From NCBI GenBank assembly GCA_030390025.1, contig CM059432.1, positions 104,906,001 to 104,970,000 on the forward strand: a stretch of DNA of 64,000 nt. The letters are read 5' to 3'. Shown here in pieces: positions 12,903 to 24,580 of this stretch. Position 1 is the first letter of the stretch. The number at the start of each line of letters is the position of its first letter. The notes under the pieces were generated by a model. The model was given only the letters and a program-made list of their open reading frames with translations. It did not search any database and was not told where the DNA came from. The stretch is from Squalus acanthias (taxonomy: Eukaryota). The position numbers and the translations under genes are program-made.

Positions 12903-13313
12903 AGAAAGAAAGTTGAATTTGTGTAGTGCCTTTCATATTCCAAGGGTGCCCCAAAGTACTTTGCAGTCAGTGAATTACTTTTGAAGTGTAATGTTACATA
13001 GGTAAATACAGCAGCTAATTTGCACAAAGATAATTAAATAAATGAACAGTTGATATGTTTTGGAGGTTTGATTGAGGGATGACTGCTGACCAGGACACTG
13101 GTAGAACTCCTCTGCTGCTCCTTGAATAGTGCCATGGGATCTTTTGGGTGCACCTGAACAGGAAGACAGGTTTAATGCCTCATCCAGCAATACAACACTC
13201 CTTCTGCACTTCACCAAAATATCAACCAAGGTTATGTGCTCATTTCCTGACATGGGACTTGAACCCATGACCGTATGGCTCAGAGGAAAGGGTGCTACCC
13301 GAGCCAAGCTGAC
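12903..13313 (-). mobile_element. Deu-domain SINE, inverted relative to 12199-12664
   Basis: Reverse complement of the head (GGGACTTGAACCCA...GAGCCAAGCTGAC), the Deu core (GTGCCATGGGATCTTTT) and the tail. Confidence 0.8.
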
Positions 13314-14019
13314 ACTAGCTGGTAGTAAGTGGACAGGCTGAAGCTGGAGTGAGCAGCCTGGGATGTACCACTCAAGAGGGTTGGGGGTTGAGGAGGAGAG
13401 CCAATTTCTGAAATCAGTGAGCACAGGTGGGGTAATGTTGGGTTTGGCAGGCTGTCAGGAGGGGTGTAGGCCAGCAGAGTCCAGACCAGGATGCAGTGGC
13501 TGATTTGGAACCCAGGATAGGCCAGCAGAATTGTAAGGATTATCAAATGTCCAGAAACCAGTCAGAAGGAAGATCTGATACTAATTTTGTAGAGATTGAG
13601 AGCATAGCGGAATGCTTGCAGCCTGCGAGTCTAGTGAAGCTCAGTGGACAGGATGAGGCCCAGGTTGTGTATACAGGAAGTGCTGTGTTATCAGATGAGA
13701 TGTTGAACCAAGGTACCTGTGTCTAGCCCTGTGGCTACATTCCTCTTAATTACATGTGCCATTAAACTTGCAGCAACACAGAAAACTGGATTTAGATTTT
13801 GTCCTACAGACAGTTTTTAGATTTTTGCCTGTTGAATGCAACATGGTTCAATTTGTCATACGTGCTCTAGAGCCTTTCACAAGCTGGATTTGTCCAGTGT
13901 GACCCTTCATTTCTGAGAGCCACCCAGTCACGTAATTACATTTGATTTTTTTGTTTTTTGTGGGCCAAAACTGCTCAATGCTGGGTATCACATTGCAGCC
14001 TCCAAGTATGTACATACTA

Positions 14020-14821
14020 CAGGAAACTCTCTTTTAACCGGCACCCAAATAACCGGAAATCTCTCTTAACCGGCAAAATTCTTGAGTAGGTAACCGGGGT
14101 TTTCCTTCATCTCTCCTTTAAAAATAACTTTTTTTTAAAACGAGGCGTTTACCTTGTATCGGAGCATGTAGATTGGGAGGGGAATGTGCAGCCCGGGTAG
14201 GCAGCGGCACGACAGATGGTCAGCTGGCGGTCCCCGGGGAGACGGAGCTCCGAATGCAGGCGCACGTCAGTGTGTACGGGGCTCTCGTACGTTACATAGA
14301 AACATAGAAACATAGAATCTAGGAGCAGGAGTAGGCCATTCGGCCCGTCGAGCCTGCTCCGCCATTCAATACGATCATGGCTGATCATCCAAATCCAGTA
14401 CCCTGTCCCTGCTTTAATCCCCAAAGTACACATATCCCACCCTACCCCCGTAACCCCACGTATTTAATTCCCCCTAACATATCCCATCCTATCCCCATAA
14501 CCCCACATATTTAATCCCCCCTAACACTAAGGGTCAATTTATCATAGCCAAATCAACCTAACCCACACATTTTTGGACTGTGGGAGGAAACCGGAGCACC
14601 CGGAGGAAACCCACGCAGACACGGGGAGAATGTGCAAACTCCACACAGACAGTCACCCGAGGTCAGATTCGAACCCGGGTCTCTGGCGCTGTGAGGCACC
14701 AGTGCTAACCACTATGCCACCGTGTCCCCCCGTTGGGAGATATAACTCTCCATTATCCGGACTTTTTGATTAACTGGCACCACGCCGGTCCCGTCGGTGC
14801 CGGTTAATAAAGAGTTTCCTG
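14020..14821. mobile_element. Tigger-like MITE carrying a V-SINE insertion
   Basis: TA flanks. 25-bp TIRs are CAGGAAACTCTCTTTTAACCGGCAC and, as reverse complement, CAGGAAACTCTTTATTAACCGGCAC. Confidence 0.9.
14294..14730 (-). mobile_element. Full-length HE1-like V-SINE
   Basis: On the minus strand: tRNA head with B-box GGTTCGAATC, V-domain GTGGGTTTCCTCCGGGTGCTCCGGTTTCCTCCCA, and a CR1-derived tail with (TTTCTATG)n. Possible 4-bp TSD CGTT (14290-14293 and 14731-14734). Confidence 0.9.
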
Positions 14822-14891
14822 TATAGTGTTTTATAGGGTGCCGTTGGCCCAGATTTTCAGGGTTTCTTGAATGATTTCTGTAACCATAGGT

Positions 14892-15480
14892 GTCAGCCAT
14901 GGCTCAGTGGTAGCACTCTCACCTCTGATTCAGAAGTTGTGGTTCAAAGACTACTCCAGATACACTTAGACAAATAATTTCAGGGAAGTACTGAGGGAGT
15001 TTTGCATTGTTGGAGGTGCTGTCTTTCCGATGAGACATTAAACCGAGAGGTCCTGTCACCTCTCGGGTGGATGTAAAAGCTGACATGGCACTGTTTGAGG
15101 AATGGCTGGGAAGTTCTCCCCGTGTCCTGGCCAACATTTATTCCTCAACCAACATCACTAAAACAGATTTATTGGATGAGACATTAAACAGAGGCCCTGT
15201 CTGCCCTCTCAGGTGGACGTAAAAGATCCTACGGCACTATGGGAAGAGGAGCAGGGGAGTTCTCCCAGTGTCCTGACCAACATTTATTCCTCAACCAACA
15301 TTACTAAAACAGATTATCTGGTCATTATCATATTGCTGTTTGAGAGACCTAGCTGGGCACAAATTGGCTGCCACATTTCCCTACATTACAACAGTGACTA
15401 GACTTCAAAAGTACTTAATTGGCTGTAAAACACTTTGGTATGTCCTGAGGTCATGAAAGGTGGTTTATAAATGCAAGTTC
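14892..15480 (+). mobile_element. Deu-domain SINE with an internal ~145-bp tandem duplication
   Basis: Head GTCAGCCATGGCTCAGTGG. The Deu core occurs twice (~15029-15170 and ~15175-15316). Tail TATAAATGCAAGTT. Confidence 0.85.
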
Positions 15481-16053
15481 CTGCTTGTCTCCCTATCAGG
15501 TTCAAATCATGTAAGGAGCTCCATGAGCATGACTCACTAAGAGTTTATAGCATATTTTCAGGTTAACTTTTGAAAAGTCTGGTCACTTTTACTTTCAAAA
15601 ACATAAATTCCAGGATATTTTTTTATCTTGTTGTTTATCGTATAGGTTTGAACAAAAAAAGCAGTTAAATTTGCTGCAATTCAGTAAAGGTTAGTCCAAA
15701 ATAAATAAACGCAAATTTAATTCTGGTCATTCAAGTTGCTCCTTGTCAGTTGGCATCTGTCGCATCATAAAACTTGATATTAATTTTCAGTTTAGTATCT
15801 TCATCATTGAGAACTTAGTGCTATACTTGATTAGACCCAGTATTGCAATTAACACAGTCGATTACTGGAGCAGTGAAAAGCTGCATTGTAACTTTTGTAC
15901 TGGAAAATGTTCTAATGGCCAGTATTTTGCTGTGGCTGAAGATCACAATGGTGCTATGAAGAATGGGGATTTTGACTTTTTTGTAAAAAATTGATGCATC
16001 TTTTTCATTGATCTTATCTTCCTGACAGGCTGAAACTGGTGCAGAATTTCACC

Positions 16054-17922
16054 ACAAACAGGACTGCCCTGGTAGACCCATCGTTTCAGCCTGTTCTTAC
16101 CCCACAGAACTGATTTCTTCCAATCTCGACTCTATTTTTTCTCCCCTTGTCCAGTCCCTTCCCACCTACATTCGCGACTCTTCCGATGCCCTCCGCCACT
16201 TTAACAGTTTCCAGTTTCTTGGCCCCAACCGTCTCCTTTTCACTATGGACGTCCAATCTCTCTACACCTCCATCCCCTACCAGGACGGCGCTCCACTTCT
16301 TCCTTGAACAGTCCCCATCCACCACCACCCTCCTCCGCCTGGCTGAACTTGTTCTCACATTGAACAACTTCTCCTTTGACTCCAAATTAAAGGTGTTGCT
16401 ATGGGTACCCGCATGGGCCCTAGCTATGCCTGCCTTTTCGTGGGATATGTGGAACATTCTTTGTTCCAGTCCTACTCACGTCCCCTCCCTCGCCTCTTTT
16501 TTCGATACATTGACGACCGTATTGGTGCCGTTTCCTGCTCTCGCCCTGAACTAGAAAATTTAATTCACTTTGCTTCCAATTCCCACCCTTCCCTCACCTT
16601 CACATGGTCCATCTCCGACTCTTCCCTTCCCTTCCTCAACTTCTCTGACTCCATTTCTGGGGTTAAGCTACCAACTAACATTCACTACAAGCCCACTGAC
16701 TCCCACAGCTACCTGGACTACACTTCCTCCCACCCCGCTTCCTGTAAGGACTCTATTCCATTCTCCCAGATTCTCCATCTCCGCCGCATCTGTTCTGATG
16801 ATGCCACCTTCCATACTAGTGCTTCCGATATGTCTTCCTTTTTCCTCAACCGAGGATTCCCCTCTACCGTGGTTGACATGGCCCTCGACTGTGTCCATTC
16901 CATTTCCCGCACTTCTGCTCTCACCCCTTCCCCTCCCTCCCAGAACCACGATAGGGTTCCCCTTGTCCTCACATTTCACCCCACCAGCCTCCACATTCAA
17001 CGGATCATCCTGCGCCATTTCTGCCACCTCCAGCGGGATCCCACCACCAAACATCTTCCCCTTGCCCCCCCCCCCCCTTTCAGCATTCCGAAGGGACCGC
17101 TCCCTCCGCGACACCCTGGTCCACTCCTCTATCACCCCCCAACACCCCTTCCCCTGGCACCTTCCCATGCAAGCGCAGGAGATGCAACACCTGCCCTTTT
17201 ACCTCCTTCCTTCCTACCGTCCAGGGCCCCAAACACTCCTTCCAGGTGAAATAGCGATTTACTTTTACTTCTTACAATGTAGTATACTGTATTCGCTGCT
17301 CACGATGCGGTCTCCTCTACATTGGGGAGACCAAACGCAGATTGGGTGACCGCTTTGCGGAACACCTCCATTCAGTCCGCAAGCGTGAGCCCGAGCTTCT
17401 GGTCGCCTGTCAATTTAATTCTCCCCTCCACTCCCACTCTGATCCCTCTCCGTCCTCGGCCTCTTATGCTGTTCCAACGAAGCTCAACGTAAGCTCGAGG
17501 AACAGCACCTCATCTTTCTATTAGGCACTTTACAGCCTTCTGGCCGTAACATCGAGTTCAACAATTTCAGACTATAACCTGTATTTCTTTATATTCATTT
17601 CTCACATGGTAGCTGTTAATGATGCTGCCATCATCATTCACACCTCATCTAGAGCCATCTTTTGTTTCTTAACTTGTCCCATTATCTCTCCTTTTGCCTT
17701 GCACCATCATCCCTCGTCAGTCAATCTCTCCTGCCTTCCATCCTATCACAGACCTTCCCTTTGTTCTTTCCTCCCCAACTCCCTGCCTCTGCTTAAGAAT
17801 CTCTCTTCTCTAACCTTTTCCAGTTCTGATGAAGGGTCCCCGACTCAAAACGTTGACTCTGTTTCTCTCTCCTCGATGCTGCCGGACCTGCTGAGTGTTT
17901 GCAGCATTTTCTGTTGTTATTT
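16054..17922 (+). mobile_element. Penelope-like element (Neptune-type), 5'-truncated, with frameshifted RT and GIY-YIG
   Basis: RT motifs HKQDCPGRPIVS, LFTMDVQSLYTSIP, MGTRMGPSYACLFVG and FFRYIDD. Thumb region YKPTDSHSYL..HP. GIY-YIG VVYCIRCSRCGLLYIGETKRRLGDRFAEH. 12-bp TSD CAGAATTTCACC (16042-16053 and 17923-17934). Confidence 0.92.
17822..17858 (+). ncRNA. Minimal hammerhead ribozyme motif, probably inactive (GAAA changed to AAAA)
   Basis: AGTT-CTGATGA-A-GGGTC-CCC-GACTC-AAAA-CGTT-GACT in the PLE terminus. Confidence 0.5.
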
Positions 17923-19757
17923 CAGAATTTCACCTAGTTTCCAATAATTTGAATAACCAATAGCATGAGGTTTTACTAATAGTGTGACTTATAGTCAGAA
18001 TGTCACTGGTCAATTTAAGTTTTTTTTTAAATCATGTATTTGATGCAGTAAAGCATCATGAGAGAGTAATCTACATGTCCAAGAGTGGTTCCTAATGCCC
18101 GACTAAAGCCTGCATGCCTAGAATGAGTTCAAGTATTCTAGCTCAGCACTTGAGTCACAATGATTTTTTTAAATCTACTGGTTATAAAAAATGGTCCAGC
18201 ATGTTTTATTGTGGACTGGAGGTGATTAAAGCACTCATCTGTGCCTCATGCTTTTAATCAGCTCTCATTCTACTTTTCCAGCATAAAGCACGGAGGACCG
18301 AGCATTATTGCCACAATAGCGCTGATAAAACAACCCAAGGTCATGGTTGTATTATGGCTTATGGGTGTGTTCTGTAACCTCAGAGAATTAACTGGAGAAT
18401 TTATTCTTTGTGGTTCCATGTTGTTGAGGCTATTATCATTTGGAATGCTGTCTGTAAAACTGGCTCACAGCAGTAGATTTGTTTTAAGTCTCACTGGTTC
18501 ATGAAGGGTAGTTGAAAACACAACTGTAGTTACATTGAAGTCCTTCGTCACACTTTGCTGTCACTAATGCTGCTGTGTTTTTGTACTGTGAGCCAAACAG
18601 TTACTGTACATTTGGCAAGCACTTCATTATATCCTCAATTTACATCTGTCAGCACAGAGCCTTGGTCTATTGTACACTGATCAGCTGCTTCATCTGTTCA
18701 GTACACAGTATCCACAGAAAACTTCAATCAAAATGTCTGCATCAGTCAGCAAATCTCCGTTCTATGGTGGACAGCCCATATTAGTTGCATTAATGCCATT
18801 GTTCTCTTACAATCACTGGTACACAGCCTGCTTAGGAGCTTTTTGATGAGGTTGGACCACATACTTCAAAGGGATGATTTTTCTGGGTTTTATACATTAA
18901 TCATGAAATGTGTCTACAATCATCTCCTACAAAAAAAGGGCTGTATAAATTTAACAAAATTGTTGGCCAAATATTCCTCTTTTGCTTGTATACAATCTCT
19001 CTCAAGATCATTATAAATGGACATTTCTTGCATTTTGGGTTTTTACTCTTTTTGAATGTCTCTCTGTGTAACACAAGTGGTCTCAAATTAATGGTTTATT
19101 TATTTTGGAATGATATAACGGTCAAGACAATTGCTTTTGTTTTTGCTATATAGCTCAAGTTCAGTTAATTCTATATTTTCCATCTATCCCTTTCCCTTCA
19201 TGGTGATTCATCTTGATTTTTGACCTGCCATTTCTTCATTCATTTTGATGTCTTAGTTCTCCTCCTTCACAACTCTTCCTGAGATCAGACTGAGGCTTGA
19301 TGATCAGTACAGTGTTGTATGTTTCTTGCATAAGATAGGCTTGAATCCATGCGAACCTTTGCAGGAAGCATTTTGCCTAAAATAAGTAAATTATTGTTGT
19401 GTTTTCAAAAACTAACTGGAAAACACACAAAATATACTATAAATAAAACACAGCTAACTAATGGCCATTTCCTAAACGATTCAAGTGAAAACTTGTACAA
19501 CCCATTCATTCTTCAAGATTGTGAATTTTATGGCTTGCTTGTCAGTAAACTACTTCCCAGTTTCTACATATAAACTGTATTTGTGCTACAAAATATGACC
19601 ATCTCTTAATGTGTGGAACTTAGTTCAGGGTTACATTATCCATGGCTACAGAAATCATCAAACAAATTGTGGAAATAAATCAGCTGGGGAAAATTGTGTT
19701 TTCTAGTTGAGGAAAAGTATCTGTTGCCTTCCAAATAAATTGCATTAACAGATCAAG

Positions 19758-20762
19758 GGGGGTTATTTTGGCCAAAGGGTGAAAACAGGTACTAAATGGG
19801 TGCTGTGCTAATAAGACACGCCGGTTTGAAAGTCTGGATTTAGCACACAATTTTGGTCCTAATTGCTGATTACCATAATTTGAACTTACCTGGAGGTGCT
19901 AAACCAGAAACCTGCAAATTTAGCTCTTAAGTGCAGATTAGACGCAATTTTCGTGGAGCAGTATATGTGGGCTCCTTGCACCCACTTCCACTGAAGATGT
20001 GGAGTTCACTGGCTGGCACACAATGGCACATTGCAGGATGGCTCAGGGACCAAGGGAGAGGAGCACAGGTTCTCGGATGCGGCACTGGAGGAGGGATGTC
20101 CGATACCCGCAGGGAGGAAGGACGCCACCTCGCTCTCCTGTCCCTCTCTCCAGCAGCATCTGGTGCTGCTCTGCCTGGCCTCGTGTCCTCATCTCATTCC
20201 TTGTCCAGACCAAGGGGGACCCCTAGCACGATGTCCTTGATCAAGCACTCCCTTTCCCCTGGTGGCCAATAAGGTGCAGAAGCACAGCACTTACTCTTTT
20301 TAGGTGAAGTCCTCCGAGAATTTGCAGAATAAATGTTGCGCGAGTGTTGAAGTCTTGACAGAGTGTCCCCGAAAGTCGCCCGATGTGTTTCAGAGGTCCT
20401 TTTCACAGCTCCCAGCAGCACGTGAACATGAAATGGTGAGTATCCTTTTAAGTAGTGCTTGAAATCGACATCCAATGCCATGTTTACTCCCAAACAGCTG
20501 GCTGCTGTTAGAGGGCTTTAAGACAAGCGCTAGCCACAAAAATGCCGCGCAGCCCCTTTAATGAGTGCTAGCAGGCATGTAAAGTGGCAATCAGCCCTTT
20601 AACAATCCTCCAGGCAAACCGTTCCTGGCGCAGGCTTCAATTCCTTTACCAAGATGGCGTCTTGTGCTAAACGCGTGCTGAACCGGCGTTTCCGCTCAAG
20701 ACCCCATCTTGGCCACCTCGGAGGATCGTTAGCGCCTGAACGCGCTGTCGAAAATTGCCCCC
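19758..20762. mobile_element. Non-autonomous PIF/Harbinger-like DNA transposon with a Myb/SANT remnant
   Basis: TIRs GGGGGTTATTTT and, as reverse complement, GGGGGCAATTTT, with 3-bp flanks AAG/AAA. A frameshifted MAQGPRER..RFSDAALEE..RRDVRYPQGGR at ~20038-20125 resembles the N-terminus of Harbinger Myb-like proteins. CpG-rich. Confidence 0.65.
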
Positions 20763-21039
20763 AAATGTCTTCGATAGCTTTCAGTTTCTGTTCCTGCCTG
20801 GAATAATTTGCTATACAAATCCCGTTTATTTTTTGCTCTGAATGATTTTGATCAGGAATCTCTGGTTACCACATTTACAATTACCACAGTCTAATACCTT
20901 AGCTTGCAATAAAAAAAGCTGCAAATTGGTTAAATGATGTAGTATTGGAAAGATTTATAAAGCGAGCAGTAATGCTTCAAAGAATGCTGAGGGAGGCGTA
21001 GAAGGTAACCGTGTAATTCTCATTCAGTAATATACTTGG

Positions 21040-21460
21040 CTCTCTTGCCTCCGAGTCAGAAAGTTGTGGGTTTAAGTCTCACTCCAGAAACCTGAGCACG
21101 TAATCCAGCCCGACACTTTAAATGCAGCACTGAGTGAGTGCTGCATTGTCAGAGGTGCCATCTTTTTGGTGAGATGTTAAACTGAGGCCCCGTCTACCCC
21201 CTCAGGAGGATGTAAAAGATCCCATGGCACGATGTGAAGAACAGTAGGGGAGATCTTCCAGTGTCCCTCAACCAACATCACTAAAACAGATTATCCGGTC
21301 ATTATCACATTGCTGTTTGTGGGATCTTACGGTGTGCAAATTGGCTGCCGCGATTCCCACATTGCAACAGTGACTGACTAGACTTCAAAAGTACTTCATT
21401 TGTTGTAAAGTGTTTTGGCCTGTCCTGAGGTTGTAAAAGGCACTGTATAAATGCAAGTTT
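21040..21460 (+). mobile_element. Deu-domain SINE
   Basis: Colinear with 12199-12664 through head, Deu core and tail. Confidence 0.85.
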
Positions 21461-22941
21461 GTTCTCTCTTTTTCTCTCATTCTCTCTCTTTCTCCATCAA
21501 GGTATAAGCCTGGGATAGCAGCAGGAGAGTAGAAAAGCGGAGGGCCTGTGGTTGTTAGGTGGGGATTGGGAGCTGACAAAGTACCCGAGAGATGAGAAAT
21601 TAAAGATTGCATGGGGATAGGAGAGAAGGATTCAGGGAGGCTGTGGGGGTGGGAGGAGAGGAGATGGAAGTAATGGTCTTGATTTTGGATCAACAGCAAA
21701 AATGTGCATATGGATAGACTCAAAGGGAATTCGGATTACATAGGAATGGCAGGAATTGGGTGCGAGACATGTCGGGGTTGTAAACAAAGAATAGAGAGAT
21801 GATATGATATGAAAGAGCAAACTTCTTATGTAGTGTCTCCCTCTTAATAGCACAGCAAAGATCAGGACCTCATGGATGATGGGCACAAGTTAGTGCTATA
21901 CCATGTTGCTAGATAAAGCACAATGGACTGGATTACTTAATGAAATGTTTACAAAAAGAAAGAAAGTAAGCAAACAAACAAAGGCTGAAATCACTAAGGA
22001 GTTAGTCATTTTCCAGCTTGCCAAAGAATCATTGTGAATATCCCTCCACTCTTTATCCATCTTCTTGATGCCATTCTTACTTACCCCACTGACCATCTCC
22101 CAGTTGATAACAGTTGTATATTTTGGGATTAAAGTTCAAGTGAAAATTAAGGCAAATTCAAAAATGTGACTAGTCAAAAGGCAGGAAGTCATTTTGAAAA
22201 CTCTTTAATACTCCAGACAGAATATGCCTTCTGCAATAAATATTACAGATTAAATACAAAACCCAATTTGGTTCATGGCAATACATGCCAAAATTTTCTT
22301 AATTGGTCAGTGCTTGTTGTTCTGCATTACTTTGAAAGATTGTGTTTCAATTAATACTATTTCTGATGTCCCTGAAAATCCCCCCCACCCCCTCCAGTGT
22401 ACCTCCTACTCCACACTTACACAGTGTTATCAGACTTTGTGCTTCACACACTGTATTTTCATTTATAGGACATTGGGGGAAAATTGGCTCTTTTTGATTC
22501 TGAATTCTTGAACTCTTCTATCTAAAGCCAGTACTTTTTAAGTCAGCGTCTGAATGCAGAATGTAATTAATATGAGTAAATACAGCAATTAATCTTGCCC
22601 AGAAGGCATTGAGCAAGTTTTGACAAGATGAGCAGTTTTTGAGTGAGCACCTAGACATGTTGTACTTTTAAAAAAGCTGAGCCACTGTACTGTAAGTAGC
22701 ACAGTGAAGGTGATGCATGAAATTTACAAATGTACTTGACCACTTAAAATCCATGCATCTTAAGTGTTATAATAAGTATGTTCTAATGAATGTCCAATAG
22801 CAAAAAATATACGGTGAAGAGTGTTTGATTCAATTTGGTGCTATCAGCAAATTACAATTTCATTCCCCCAATTCCCAAGTGCCAAACATTCATGTGTATA
22901 GTAGATAAGAGCAGCTTTAACACTGACTCGTGAAACACGTT

Positions 22942-23800
22942 GGGGCAGAATTTGCAGTCGGTATGACAGTGTGAGTACACTGTCATACTGCCTTTGAAAT
23001 TGACCGTAAGTTCAGGATTTCCACATGCGCTTGCGGTAAATCCCAAACTTGCGATGTCAAGTTCCGACTTGACAGATCATTCACTGCAACTGTATTATCT
23101 TCATTGCTGGCGCAGAGTTGGGTCAACTGCCCAGCAATTACGCAGGAAAATTTTACGGCTGGTGCAAACAGGTGCAGGAGCCTGTTTGCACAGCGTAAGG
23201 GATGGGGGGATATGGGTGAAGCATCAAAACAGCTGCTTGATCGCTTGAAAAGGGATCCGTGTTTATTTTATCATATGCTTTGCTGAAATGGCATGTTTTA
23301 TAGCACATCAGGACAATGAAGTTCAGTGAATGTGTTTAACTGCATGTCATCATCAACTTCCTCAGAACTGCAAGATTTAAGTTAAATTAAGCAGGGCTGT
23401 CATTTCAGTGCATTTAATTGAAGATTGAAAAAAAAAAATCACTGCATTTCCATATTGTGGGTGATGAGGTGCTGAGCTTAGCCAGGGATAAATAGACCAT
23501 GTTCACTTGATTATTATGGACTACCACTGTTACCCCATGAGTTAGGTAAATGGTGTAATGTGTGAATTTAAAATTTGATTGATGTCGGGCATCAGAGATT
23601 TACGTTTCCTGATTGGCGCACCACCCCACATGATTCCAGGTACGCTTATGCACTTGGTGCGCCCTGGGATCCGTGGGCCACTACAATGCGCACAACTCCG
23701 CAAGTTTTTGAAGGGGGCCTCGCACCAGGTAAGTGCGGATTTCTTTCAGAGGTCGGCGGCGTACTCCTTAGCTACAGCTCCGACCACAATTTCAGGGCCC
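22942..23800. mobile_element. Harbinger-like MITE, either one element or two terminal remnants
   Basis: Left end GGGGCAGAATTTGCAGTCGG versus reverse complement of right end GGGCCCTGAAATTGTGGTCGG. Subtermini are CpG-rich. The AT-rich middle may not belong to the element. Confidence 0.45.
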
Positions 23801-23809
23801 ATATTTTCT

Positions 23810-24580
23810 CTGTCCAAGAAATTTCGTTTTATCGCTACCCTTTGCTTTACGCCTTGAAACCATCTATCTATCCATGTGACCACATTTGCCTTAATCTCAT
23901 ATGCCATTATCCTTGTCATAAATCTCTATTGTGGTTCCTTATCAAAAATCCTTGTAAACCATATCTAATTATACTACATTTATCCTCTCTTTAAAGAATT
24001 CTAAAGTTGGTCAAGCACAACGTTTTTTTTTAGAAATCCTTGCTGAGTGGGGCCGATTTGTTCATATTTCCCAAATGCTTTACAATTTCATCTCATGCCT
24101 TAGATTTTTAACAGTTCACCAACAACTGAAGTAAAACCAGTTGGCTCATGATTATCTGTCTTTCCCTGATCTTTTCTTGAAGAGTGGGGTTACATTTACC
24201 ACCCTACAATCCTCTGGCACAATTATCTCTTTCACATAATTTTGGTAACTTCTAGTAAGAGTCTCTGTTACTTCTTCCCTAGCTTCCCTCAGGATCTCTA
24301 GATGTAAATAATCAGATCCCACCGGCAGCATGTGGCACTGGTAGTAATCCTGAGATTACCACCTTTGAGGTCCTGAGACTTAATTTACCTCCTAACTCCT
24401 GGAACTGTGTGTGTAGAACCTGAATCCTGTTCCTTTCTGCAATGAACAATGGCTTCCATCAGATTTTGCCTCTTTGTCTCTTCCCCCTCCCCTCCTCCAC
24501 CACCCCCACAAAGAGCTCTGTGCTTGCGCTGTTAAGTCCCTTATCCTGACATCTGGGCAACAACATACTGTTCGGAATTC
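23810..24580 (-). mobile_element. Old CR1 LINE fragments (RT region plus ORF1-like piece)
   Basis: GGTCAAGCACAA...AGAAATCCTTGCTG and CAATCCTCTGGCAC resemble CR1 ORF2 in reverse. GGTAGTAATCCTGAGATTACCACCTTTGAGGTCCTG resembles CR1 ORF1. Confidence 0.55.

Noticed and set aside
16401..17249. Longest ORF (282 aa) as a functional or domesticated gene
   Set aside because: It is an internal fragment of a 5'-truncated PLE with frameshifts before and after it.
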